From: Callorhinchus milii
Lineage: Eukaryota
DNA length: 64,000 nt
Assembly: GCF_018977255.1 (NCBI RefSeq)
Contig: NW_024704742.1
Location: forward strand, 59,398,001-59,462,000
Reading direction: 5' to 3'
Shown: piece after piece, positions 1 through 12,206 of the stretch
Layout of the letters: the number at the start of each line of letters is the position of its first letter
Position numbering within the stretch: the first letter of the stretch is position 1
Made by a program: the position numbers and the translations under genes
Notes under the pieces: generated by a model
Seen by the model: the letters and a program-made list of their open reading frames with translations, nothing else
The model's database searches: none
What the model was told of the DNA's origin: nothing

Positions 1-873
1 GCTTTGAAGGGCTACAGACTGTCTGTTCTTCATTAAACATAATTTTAAGTAGTTTTATACCTGAAGTCATAAATAACCTTTGATTTCTCATTTTAAGAGT
101 CCTTCAGCACCAGTGACCTTTGAAGAATATCTCTGGGCAGTCCCTGAACACCAAGGAACCTAGATATTCCTTGTTTGAAAATGTTTATAATGTTACCACT
201 TGCTTGGAATACTCTCCCATACTGTAGCAGGCCAAGACATTTCCTCAAGGGTTTAGACACAAGCTTTAGGAATTCTAAGCAGTTGTGTGTGACAGAACTA
301 GTCTGTGGATGATTTAGTACAGTACCAAACAAATCAATGATGTAGAGCAGATCTCCTTTAATACCTTCAAGCATGCTCTCATTACAAGAGTGGGTAGCGA
401 TTTTGTTGAACGAGCACACCTATAATTTTTACACCCTACCTCCCATTCATTTTAATGGAGAAAACAGGATATGGATTCTAAACCCTGTGAGAATACTGCA
501 CCACATTTTCAGGCTCTGAGATGCTATTCCGAATGAAGGGTGCTATATAAATGCAAATTGTTGTTGTTTTACTGTATAAAGTTTGCATGTACTAAACATA
601 TGCAGAATGCCTTCAAGATACAGGAGGAGAAGATTGAAAGGAAAACAAATAAAATCTATACTTTGTTAAGAGAATTCATACTGAACCTATACCGTTTCTG
701 CAAAGCATGATTACGATATGCATATAGTTGTTTGGCCCCCAAAGGAACTCTGAGGATCAAAGGGAAAAGATCCAATCAGAAAGGTGCTGTTCTCATTTCT
801 GGTATTTCTGACAATCTGCTGCACATCAGAAGGTCTACAGTATTAAGTGAGATCTCAGTTTCAGGTGCAATGT

Positions 874-1245
874 GGAGTCCTGTAGCTCAGTGGTTTGAGC
901 ACTCGCCTCGCAAGCGAGAGACCTGGGTTCGATTCCCGGCAAGGCAAAATGTTGGGCAAGTTTCCTTACTCCACACGCCTGTTTACCTTGTAGTAAGTAG
1001 GAATCCAGTTGTTAGTCGATTGGCGGATCACTTTTCCGGAGGTAATAATTTCTTTAAAAAAGCAATAATAAATTGGTCACTTCAATCCATAACTGTTTGT
1101 GGGACACTGCTGTGCGCAATTGGCTGCCACGTTTCACCCACAAAATATACAGTCAATTCACTTTATAGTATATCCTGTGAAGGACTTTGAGACATCTCAA
1201 AGATATGCTAAGATGCTATATGAAACACAAGGATTATTATTATTA
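874..1245 (+). mobile_element. Full-length tRNA-Ala-derived SINE, long subfamily
   Basis: Head GGAGTCCTGTAGCTCAGTGG (A box), anticodon arm CTCGC-CTCGCAA-GCGAG, GGTTCGATTCC (B box); Deu-like 3' body (GGGACACTGCTGTGCGCAATTGGCTGCC); (ATT)n tail; many copies in window. Confidence 0.93.
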
Positions 1246-1419
1246 GCTCAGAAAATGCAGTGTGTATTGGGAATTATGCTGTGTTCGTTATACCCTCAGC
1301 TACCATATAATATTCAAGATTGCAACAATAACTCACACTGCTGTAATGACTTTCATTTCATGGAGGACATCTCGAAGAGTTTCATGCAGCTTTGAGAGTA
1401 GAGCTGGGTTTGGGGGATT

Positions 1420-1805
1420 CCGGCAGGTGTAAAGGTGACTGAAAGCACAGTTGAAAAGGTCTTAAGACAGGCTTTAAAAGAGAAGGGGTGGTGAGGAAGG
1501 GGCAGGTTGGTTGAAAGCTTGCCAATCAATGATGGAGGCAAATCAGGTGGTGGATATGAAGCCGGCCATTTGTTCATTGAACAAAGTGGATGGCTGGGAT
1601 GTAGTTGGTTACAGAGTGGGGCAAGGCAGTGGAGAAATTTGAATCTGAGGATGAGGATCATCAATTTGATCCAATGGGGATAGGGATCCAGCAGAGCCGA
1701 GTGAGTATGAGGCTTCTGGAACGTGTTGTGGGAGAGGACATGAGCTGCAGAGTTCTGGATGGTCTGATAGGGAGGAGCCTGGAAGTGATGAAGGCATGAA
1801 TGAGG
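1420..1805 (-). mobile_element. Old, degenerate L2 LINE 3' fragment
   Basis: Purine-rich; translates to FKACLKT-like L2 C-terminus; GAGCTGCAGAGTTCTGGATG resembles the L2 copy at 19.67 kb. Confidence 0.65.
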
Positions 1806-2461
1806 AAATACAAAATGAACATTTCCAATTCTCTGTGGCTTTAGTTTAAAAATAACAGAAATATTTTGTGCAGATAGTTATAATATATACAAATCTACAC
1901 CTTCCTCTGTATTCATATGCACACATTCAGAACCTTGATTATGCCCACAGATCCCTGTTGCGTGCCCGTCTGCAATTTCCAGTATTGACCTTGTGTGCAT
2001 TGTGTAGCATTAATGAATTGATTTAAATATCTTGGTCACGTTTGCCTGCAGTTTGCCTGAGGTTGCATGGCTGAGCACAACCTATACATAAGACGCATTT
2101 TAGCTTCTGCTGATCAATTACCTTTCTCCCCCCCCACCCATCCAGATATTTATTTATTTATTTATCTGAATCAGTTGTGTTTCCTATAGGTGAGAAACAA
2201 TATCTCCGTCACCTCTGGACTACTTGTTTCGGATTTTAAGCTCCCAACCTCTTTCCACTGCTTTGTTGAGGTGAGATAGGTTGCAGGTAATAAACCTCTC
2301 TTGTTTTCTTGTTCACTTGTTTTGCCGATGCAGAGAGGTCCAATGCAAACTTGAAAAACAAATTCTATACATTCCATTCATGAAGTGAGGCCAAGGACAA
2401 TTTACAAGTCTGGGCAGACTGGAGAGGTTCCAGTGGACAATTCTTCCACAACAGAAAACAT

Positions 2462-2842
2462 TATAGAAACCTATAAGATCATCAAAGGGCATGGTAGAGT
2501 AAATAGTGGGAGATTGTTTCCCCTGGTTGGAGAAACTAAAACCAGGGGTCACAACCTTAAAATCAGAGGCCAGCTCTTTTGCACCGAGATGAGGAAGAAC
2601 TTCTTCACTCAAAGGGTGATGAATATATGGAACTCACTACCCCAAAGGGCTGTTGACGCTCAGTCCTTGAACATATTCAAGACTGAGATAGATAGATTTC
2701 TTATTGCAAAAGGGATTAGGGGATATGGGGATACGGCAGGGTTAGATTGTTAGCTGGAGTTAGATTAGAAGATCAGCCATGATTGAATGGCGGGGCAGGC
2801 TCGAAGGGCCGAATGGCCCTCCTGCTCCTATATGTTATGTTA
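2462..2842 (+). mobile_element. CR1-clade LINE 3' end (ORF2 C-terminus plus 3' UTR)
   Basis: ETYKIIKG...LFPLVGETKTRGHNLKIRG...RKNFFTQRVMNIWNSLP...FKTEIDRFL; tail GAATGGCGGGGCAGGCTCGAAGGGCCGAATGG...TATGTTATG. Confidence 0.93.
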
Positions 2843-3540
2843 CTGTCAATGTAGCTTGTGTGTGAAGATATTTAGTTCTCAAAAAGGACTGCAGACTTGC
2901 ATCGGTCCACTCCACTTATGGGGGTCAGATTTGCAGTATTTCTTAAATGTATTCCATTTATTAATTATTACCCATTACAATTTATTGACTTGAAACACTT
3001 TTTAATGACAGGTTAGTGAGTGACCACCAACACCATCTGATCCATCAGAATCATTTCTCTCACAGTTTCTCACAGTAATTTTGTCTGCCATCTTTGTTTT
3101 TAAAAAAGTAAGTGTCACATTTAAGAATACCTCATTTTTCATCCAGTACAGTTATTATTGAGTCTGTTCATTACACATGATTGCATTGTTTAACTATTTT
3201 GGGAGCTCAGACTCCCGAGCATAGAACCAGATTCAATAAGCCGTTTCAATTTAGAAATTTCTAATTTATTGACGATGAACATAGTCTTAAATGCTGGAGG
3301 CATATTCTCCTTTCAACGAACATAGTCCTCAATGGCAAAATCCAACACTCCATTCTCAATTCTACAGATTGATGCCTCTGACTGAGATAGTAGCTCATTA
3401 TAACTAAACACAAATCTCAGAAGGAACAGGTATCCCACTCATTAGCGGTAACTTGTTTATGCCATAATAAGTCTTGTCATTTCCAGTTTGGTAGAATATA
3501 GGCCAGCAATCACAAAATAATGGAAATAATATCCCCAATC

Positions 3541-4853
3541 AACCGAATTGCATGGCCCTTGTTCCCAGTTAATGTGGAAATTTCACATAAACTGGACAGA
3601 GATAATATCCTCATTTGCTACTTATTCTTTTGCCCTCCTATTTCCATCCAACAGATTTGACCTGCTCTGCTACTTATGCCAATGAATTAGAATCTAGCAC
3701 ATTGCAAAACGGTAAATCTATGGAAATATCTTTGTACAGCAACTCCGTGCACTCAGTCTGCAGGCTGAATGCATGAGCACAGCACTCAGAAACTACTGAC
3801 AGGTAGATGACATGTGTGTCTGGGGAAAGATGTCTGATGCACATACAGGATGCTTCATATGACACCTGATCTGATACCAACTATAACAAATGATGCACTC
3901 CTGCTTGTGCCCAGTGATGTTCCAAGTTCCAGATTGAGCCGGAGTAACTGAATATGATAGGGTAGAATGAGCTGACCAAAGGAGGTGATGATTAGATCTC
4001 AATCATTCATCCACATTTTTCAAATTAGTAATGACTAGAACTTAGCAAATGCCCATGCTTGTAAATACAAGACTGACCTTGACGCCAGATTACACTGTTT
4101 GCTACTGAAGAGTGCAATTGCTGTGTGGGCTGCAGCTTCTTCACTATAAACAAATTCACACGTCCAGGTGTTCACATTGTGTGATCGGCCATCTTCGGAC
4201 ATAAAGTGCAACCATTATTACAACAATTATTTGAAGCGCTCAATTAGTCTGCCATGAAATGAAACCCAAATAGAAAACTTAAAACATGTACTTTTCACGT
4301 TCTGTGTTGGGGCTTAAGAGTACCCAATCAGTTGTGTGAAGGATTTTGAGAAGTCCTCCTAATATGAAGGTGTCTGAATAATAGATAAGTGTCTTTGCTA
4401 ATTGAGAAGGACAAACCCTCATAAAAAACATTCCCAGCATAAAAGTTAAGAATCAATTTAAACTCTGTGCTTTGAAGGTGCCAGAACTTCAGGAAAATAC
4501 GACTATCTGCTCGTTTCAGACATTGCACAAACTTTAATCTGAGTACTTGCATTGAATTTCTAGCATTGCACGATAACATTTGCCAGTCGATTTATAACAC
4601 CCTGTGGAGACCTATGGCATTACAAGAGGAGTGAGGAATTAAGTACTTTTCAATGGGTAGGTGGTGTCAATCATATGGATTTAAGGGTAAAGTCTTTAAC
4701 ACTGGTGGAGGCACTGGACTTGGGAAAAGAATAATGATTGCCTCTCTTTTCTGTGTTCTGAGTGTGTTATTCTGAGTCGACACTAAATATCTTGAAGCAT
4801 TCAGGAGAAGAAATTTCCACATAAACTGGAAACAAGGGCCATGCAATTCAGTT
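3541..4853. repeat. 43-bp inverted repeat pair (3541-3583 / 4811-4853) around ~1.2 kb
   Basis: 40/43 identity between the left arm and the reverse complement of the right arm. Confidence 0.85.
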
Positions 4854-5096
4854 CAATGTCAGTGACCCAGGTTCAAGAAAGCCCACTATGGATCAGATGT
4901 CTGAAGTTGCAGGACACCCTAACGTTATAATAAATGTGAAATGTGCCAACAATACTCAGGTCTCCGTATCATTCGATTATACAATATAGACTATCAAGTG
5001 ACAATCTTTTGTTTTATACTCATAATCCCGATAAAGCAGAAATCAGGAATAACAATGGGGGAGGACAGTCTGCTAAAGTGTTGAACCAATACACAA

Positions 5097-5255
5097 TTAC
5101 AACAACAATAGAATTACAGTTGTATAGCGCCTTTCACATCGGGAGGACAATCAGTGTTTCGGATTGTACAACAACAATTTTTGCATTTATATAGCCCTCC
5201 TCACATAGGGTAGCTTCCCACAGCGCATTACGGTGGCGGAGCATGACGCCGAGCT
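5097..5255 (-). mobile_element. Two adjacent L2 3'-tail stubs (family A then family B)
   Basis: ACAACAA..TATAGCGCCTTTCACATCGGGAGGAC followed by ACAACAATTTTTGCATTTATATAGCCCTCCTCACATAGGGTAGC. Confidence 0.75.
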
Positions 5256-6141
5256 TCCACAACTTTGAATTTCAACTATTTTTGTTAAATCAAAGGCTAA
5301 AGGTTGTTCACAAGATCCCAGCAGAGGTTCAGCTAAAGAAGGTCCCTTTGATTTCATTTTTGTTTGGTTAAAGTTCATCCTCTATTGTTTAGCAGTGGAG
5401 CTGCTGAGGATATTCAACAATTAGTATTCCATGGCTAAGACTTGACCCTCTGGAGAATGATAGAGTGGTGTCAGCTTGACTCAGTGTAAATTAAATAGGT
5501 TTTTCTGTATTTATTCATGAAGCTCTCAATTGTCACATATGGACTGGAAATCAGTTAGATTTTATTCTGTGTGTACAAGGAGGGCAGGGTGGTGGTGGCT
5601 TCAAATGGCTAATTTCATGCTTATTAAGGTGCTAAACTGATTTGGTAATTGCAGGTAAAGAACAGTGAGTAACTGGGGGCTACTCAGAGGAAGCGACAGC
5701 ATTCATGTGCGCTCGTGAATTATTCCCTTTCCAGAAACAATGACTCCACTAAAGGATCTAATACTGTTTGACACATGGAAAGTGGACCCCAGAGTCGGCC
5801 CTTAACTCCTCATTCTCATCTCCTGAGGATATGACTGAAAACATACAGTATAAATAAGTGCTATATTTTGCCTCTTTGAATGCTTTTAGCTAATGCCACT
5901 GCTGTTTAAATGCTGTCACAGGCATTTTGTGTTGCGGAGACTGACTGTATACTGAGCTTGTGTTTTTTTTATATCAGTTCAGTATCAGTTTAAATCCCCG
6001 ATCCAGTTAACCAAGTCACATTTAACAATCTGCATGTTAAACGCATGTTAAATGACCTGGCGTCATGCATTTCCTCATTGAGGAAGGGACATGACATTAG
6101 GTGTGATTGAAAAGGTAGCTTTTAAGGTGGAATTACTGAGC

Positions 6142-6172
<31 letters not shown>

Positions 6173-7204
6173 CGAGAGCGAGGCAAAGTGAGATAACCCA
6201 CTTAATGCTTTAAGCCTCTCCAACAAATCCACTCTGCCTGTACATCAGAGCTTCAACTCATGCTGGGAATGCATCTTTCCCACTTTCTCTCACATTTCTC
6301 TCATTTCACCCAATCCTCTTTTTCCTTTTCAGAAAGATGAAAAAAATATTTCAATAATCTCGACAAGGTACTGCAGTTTGGATATGGTTTGTGTGTCTGA
6401 TTTCTCACACGTCACGTGTTTGGTGAAGTAGTCACTGGCAAGGAAGGGAGAAAAAAAAGGGTGTGATTTATCCCAATTGTGCCATTAACTCTCCTCCCAG
6501 CGACAGTAACGTCAGCAAATGCTTCAAGGCTGGGCAATGGTGTCTGCAGCAGTGACTCTCAAACTCAGGAATTCAAAATGGATTAAAAAGAGGAAACAAA
6601 AAATGCCCAGAACAAAAAGAACATCAAATTTATTAAAATCCACACGTGTGTGAACCGCAAGTCACCATTTGCTGCTATGCATTGCTATTGATGTCAACCT
6701 TTTATCAAATGAAACTTGCCATTCACTCTATGGAGGAGCATTTCATTCTGTTGTACAATGGACACTGGGTAGTCCTCGCCTTTACATATTTGTAACAGCC
6801 ATAATAATACAGAACATAATAATAATTCTTGACCTCCATAAAGCGTTTTTCAACATTGTCAATATGTCTTCATGTGACTGTTTTGTGGGCAGTCAATTTG
6901 CAAACAACAATGCCAAATGGCAAACCACAAACATGACAAATACAGTGCTATGTTCAGTAATTTGGTCCAAAACCTTGGGATGTACCCACAATGTGAAAAG
7001 TGGTAAAAGAAAATGTAACTTTGTATTATATTGTAATTCTGTTTATCTTTCCTACCATAAAGTTGATGGTTCCATTTATAAGCGCTTCACAGAATATACT
7101 GTTAAGTGAATTGACTGTGAATTGTTAGTGAAACGCGGCAGCCAATTACTCACACCAGTGTCCCACAAACAGTCGTGGATTGAAATGACCAATTTATTTT
7201 TACT

Positions 7205-7251
7205 TAGATAGAGACACACACAGTGAGAGATAGAGAGAGATAGACATGCGG

Positions 7252-7286
<35 letters not shown>

Positions 7287-7435
7287 GACATAGAGAGAGA
7301 GAAAGACATACACAGTGAGATAAAGAGAGATATACACACACCCAGAGTACATTGGGAAAACGACAAAATGAGAGAACCAGAGAGACAAAGCGGGAGCGTG
7401 TTTGAATGATAGATAGAGGAAGAGAGAGACAGTCA
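7205..7435. repeat. (GA)n/(CA)n compound microsatellite
   Basis: Pure CA run at ~7253-7282 inside a degenerate GAGA/CACA tract; the overlapping ORFs are low-complexity artefacts. Confidence 0.9.
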
Positions 7436-8960
7436 GAAAAGTAAGACCGAATAAAACCACAAAATTCAGTAACATTTACAAGAAGTCGCACAGCCAAGAC
7501 GGAATAGTGACCGACTGGTGGACAAGCAGAGAACTCGTCGCCCCAACAATATCAGCATTCCCCCCTCCCCCATCCTCTCTCTCTCCCCGCACAACACAAC
7601 CCCCTCAATAGACATGCAGGGCAGCTCAAAACTGAACATGTTTAGCAGGATTTACGTTAAGCCATCTCGCTCTCTCTCTGTCTCTCACGATTAGGCCAGT
7701 GCCAACACAGAAACAGCTTCTTGAGCGAAATACTTCACATCCACATTGAGATAGATTACTATGATATAGATTACTATCATATAGACAAGGTATGAAACTC
7801 TTCTATATCAATCCTGATATCAACATTGTTCATATCACATGGTTCATCCATTTCATTCATTTTCTGTTATTTTATTGTGATGACATCTGCGGTTCCCCCA
7901 TAAGTCATGTTAAGCTTGTGTGTACTGTATTTTAAAGAGTGACATGCTCTGGAGTATAGTCCAAATCAATGTTTATCACAGTTATGAAGATGTTGACAGC
8001 TGATGAAATGCTCATGCTTTGGTCTCATAATTCATATTATCACCTAAACATCTCAGTTAGTTTCCATAGATTGTGTGCTTGTCTGCCTCTGGAAGAGTTT
8101 TGATGTGTTATAAAGACATCTAATGGCAGTTTCAAGTAACTGCACCAACATCACCAGATCGCAATGGGGATTAGTTTGCTCTGTGAGCCCCATTTGGCAC
8201 ATTTTTGATGCAGACAATTCTCTTCCTCTTGGTAACAATCGCAAATGAGTTCCTACGTGGTTATAATTGAATAGCTGGAGTCATTTGTAAGTTATTTGTA
8301 AGGGATTAATTCACAAAACATACCAAATAGAAAAGAATATATCTTGGTCTACAATAGTAAGTGTGTTTCAAAGAGTGCACAGAGGAGAATAACTTGTAAG
8401 ATGCTTTTTGTGATATTCAAATTTTCTTTTCATAAAAAAAACCTTTTTGTGAAAGAACTTCAAGTGTGAAATTTTACCTCATGGATTTATGGAAATTTCT
8501 GGGCTTATATGTGTGTGTGTGGGGGGGGGGGGGGGGTGGGTGGGAGGGGAGGGGGGGGACGAAACCATGAGACACTTCAAGATAAATCAATTGCATCGTA
8601 TTCCTCTTTGTGCTATTCTCAGCATTCTCTCCGCACTGTTTTCTGCAACAAATCATAGAGCTGCGGGAAAACAGCTTATTATATTTCTTAACATCTTTTA
8701 AATTATCTGCAAGGTTACACACACAGGCTGATTAATTGAGAGCTAATGAGGGGCTCCTCAAAAATTGTTGATTCAGCTAGCAAAGGACATTGTTCATATC
8801 ATGTAATCAAGGCTCAATGCTATATATCTATTATAATCTGCAATACAATATACTATATATTGAGAAAGATGAATTATACGGAAAATAAAGTATAATGTGC
8901 AGGCATTCTAATGGAAAAATGAAACTATTTTCCATTTTCTTCCCCAAGGGTTTAAATATG

Positions 8961-9335
8961 TGCCAGCTGGCTCAGTTGGCAGCACTCTTGCTTGTCAGTC
9001 AGAAGGTTCAAACCCTATGTCATCACTTGCAAACGTTATCATCTAGGTTGACACTGCAATGCAGTGTTGGGGGTGTGCCACACTGTTGGAGGTGCCATCT
9101 TTCACATGAAATGTCCCATTTACCTGTTCAGGTTTTGTAGTGTATCCTGTGAAGCACTTTGAGACATGTGGGGAAAGGGCAGGTAAATGGGACTGAAAGG
9201 ATTGCTCTTAAAAAAAAGTCAACACAGACACGATGGGCCAATTAGCCAGCGTCTGTGCTATGAATTTCTATGTTCTATGATCTTGACGATTTGATAAGGT
9301 ACTGCATCAAATGCAAAGATTAATGTATATTATTA
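8961..9335 (+). mobile_element. Old Deu-domain SINE (SacSINE1-like) interrupted by a CR1 tail (~9165-9280)
   Basis: GGCTCAGTTGGCAGCACTCTTGC..GTCAGAAGG head; TCTAGGTTGACACT..GGAGGTGCCATCTTTC core. Confidence 0.7.
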
Positions 9336-9912
9336 CAACTTGTAACAAGATAGCAGTTCCATACCAAAAGCATTCAGCAAACTATTGTATCACCATCTTA
9401 TGGTAGCTAATTGATACTGCACCATTTCAATTTACTCCATCGGTCTTTATATTGACATTTTCTGAAACTGTTGACTCTGCAGTCTCCCAGCTATATTACA
9501 GTAAGATTATATGTCCCAGCCGACAGTTGCAGTGTGATGTGAAAGGTGCTGTATCAATAAAAAATGGACTGTATACATTTCTATGATTGTATAATATTAT
9601 CAAAACATGGATTGGTTTGCAGTTGGGGCATAGCTAGGAATGTTTAAAAGGTAATGGGATAAGGACACGTGGAGCAGGGAATGGATACTTCATTCCATTA
9701 GAAGTTTCATGGAAAGAGGAGGGAATTGTGAATAGGATGAAAAGGCTTCACTGGAGGAGCAAAGACTGACACAATTAATACAATGGGTCAAAGGCCTCCT
9801 GCTGTGTTGTTGACTTCTATGGGTCATCAATGATTATTTTCACCTGCCACAACTAGATAATATTACGGACATCCTGAGCTCTTAACAGTTCTGATTGGGC
9901 ACTTGAACAGGA

Positions 9913-9982
9913 TGTGGGCACAGAGGGAAGTGGGCACAGAAGAGGGGTGGGCACAGAAGGGTGAGCACAGAAGGGTGTGGGG
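9913..9982. repeat. Short G-rich minisatellite, about 4 GGGCACAGA(A/G)G units
   Basis: Direct repeats visible in the sequence. Confidence 0.8.
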
Positions 9983-10510
9983 ATGGGAAAGAAAGTGACC
10001 GAAAGTTCAGTCAAAGAGATAAGCTACAAACAGACTTTAAACGAGGCAAGAGAGGCAGGGAACGAGTCGGGGGAACTCCGGGATGGAGTTTCAAGGAAAG
10101 AGGACAGAAAAAAGTGATGTGAGAAAACTTTGAAGATGTCTCAAAGTACTTCACATAATATATTGTGAAATGTTGTGACTGTGTATTTTGAAGGCAGACA
10201 AATGCCTGAATTTCCTCCCAGCAAAGTAAATAGCGCATGTGTATGGCAAATGGGTGAATTCAAAGCACTAAGTAGCCTTAGCCTCGATGAGCCGAATCTG
10301 CTAAGGGCAGCCTCATTGTAATAGCTGCATCAGCATTCTGCTCAGCTTCAGTACTCCCCTAGAAGTTTCACTTCATTTGATCAACACTAATTAAAATAAA
10401 ATGTTGCAAAGGTAGCTAGTCTATGAAGTAGACTGTCCAATTCACTACCTTTATTCTGCAAATTATGAAACAATAGCTTTTAACAAGCACTATATTTACA
10501 ATCGTATGAA

Positions 10511-10960
10511 AGCTTAGCTCAGTGATAGTGCATTCAACTCAGAATCAGAAGCTTGTGCTTTCACATCTCATGTCAGGACTTGGGAATCACAAATTCAAAG
10601 CTGACACTTCAATGTGTTGCTGAGGGTGTGCTGCATTGTTGGTGGTGGCGTTCTTCAGGTGGGATGTTAAAACAAGGTCCCGTCTGTCTGTTCAGGTCCA
10701 TGTCAAAGATCCCATGGCACTATTTAAGAAAAGAGGGAGCTTCTACAAGTGTCCGGGTCAACAGTCCCCCAAATTAAATTGGTATTCTCACTCCATGTCT
10801 GTTTCTATGACATTGCGGTGTGTAACTAGCTGCCGTATTTCATCGACAAAATATACAAAAAACTTGACAGTATATTCTGTGAACCGCTTTTGGATGTCTC
10901 AACAACATGATAAGGCAATATACCAAATGCAATAATAATAATTATTATTATTATAATCAT
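10511..10960 (+). mobile_element. Near full-length old Deu-domain SINE
   Basis: AGCTCAGTGATAG..TCAGAAG; GCTGACACT..GCTGAGGGTGTGCTGCATTG; AAAGATCCCATGGCACTATT; shared 3' tail and (ATT)n. Confidence 0.8.
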
Positions 10961-11787
10961 TAACAATGATTTGTAAATCCTCGGGTGTAGGCTAGGTAAA
11001 GGTAGCACCATATTGCCACATACATTTTTTGTTCATTGTAAATGTAACCAATGTAGATCGACAAAACAAAACTTCATTTTTATGAGTATCCATCATCCAA
11101 TAAGACTTTGAACTTCTGTGGGAAGATAACAAGAAGTCAGAAAGATGGTAACTCTAGTCTCATTCTCTTCGATTTAAGGGGGTTTGTAGCAACTCAGCCC
11201 AGTCAACAAAACTATTGCACAAAATCATGTCGAAACTCAGATTCCTGAGCTGCACATTAGAATGTTATTTTCCAAGGTCACCTTGTGGCACACCTTTCCT
11301 ACTGTGCGCTCGCACACTGATCTTTCTCACAAATTGTTCTAAACAGTAGGATTCTCAGCTTAAGTCTTTCAAGAGCATCGCGTGGGTGCATTCTTGATCT
11401 GCACACGATTGCTGCAGTATCTCATTATAGTCTGCGCAGTAGCCCTGTAGAAATAAAATGTAAAGCGATATAAGTTTTTGTAACCTAAGCTGTTAAATGT
11501 GAAAGTTGGACTCAAAGTTCTCTCCAGCAGTGTCTAAGCCATATCAAATAAAACATTTATGATGATCTGTGGTTGTGATGATCTGTGATGACTTGCTTTG
11601 GCCATTTGCAAGTATTGGATCTTATGGGGAGCTGATCCATTTGATTTCTATCAGCAAATGGTTTTAAGCTGCTTATTGTTCTTTTGACTTTTACAAGAAA
11701 TTGATCGATTCAGTAAAAAGTATTCCTTTGTTCAGATTTTTGTGAGTTGCTGAATATTATTATAGGAGGAGGACAGATTGTTCAAGT

Positions 11788-12206
11788 CAGAGTGGTCCAA
11801 CTGGAGGCCCTTGGGCTGCATCCGGCCCAGAGGATGATTTTATCTGGCTCGCCTGTTCCTTCTGTCCCCCGTGAACAGTCCTCTCATGGCAGCAGCAGTT
11901 GCCAGCGGTTGGAAGGATGCAGTTGGTAAGCAGACCTGCTTGCCTTCCCCTTAGCGCAAGACGGACTCACTGACAGACTGCAGCAACGGGTGATATTGTT
12001 TCCACTCCCTGTAGCTCAACGCACTGCAGACTGTCAGGAAGCAGCCGGCAGTGTTGAACGCTTTGAGACGTCCTTCCGTTGTGAAAAAGGCGCTATGTAA
12101 ATGTTATGTTTCTGGAAGGAAACAGAAAAATATTGCTTATGCGGCCCTCAGCCATTTCTCAAACCTGGCATTCGGCTCTCAGTAGCCAAAAGGTTGGACC
12201 ACCCTG
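11788..12206. mobile_element. Non-autonomous hAT (Charlie-like) DNA transposon
   Basis: TIRs CAGAGTGGTCCAAC / GTTGGACCACCCTG; subterminal GGCCC motifs (GGGCTGCATCCGGCCC, TGCGGCCCTC); 8-bp TSD not recognisable; an L2/SINE-type tail lies inside at ~12050-12110. Confidence 0.75.

Noticed and set aside
93..419. 108-aa minus-strand ORF
   Set aside because: Non-ATG start, no recognisable domain, no convincing splice signals.
11559..11635. Possible C/D-box snoRNA (RTGATGA..CTGA)
   Set aside because: The TGATGA copies come from a short tandem repeat (TGATGATCTGTG) and there is no terminal stem.
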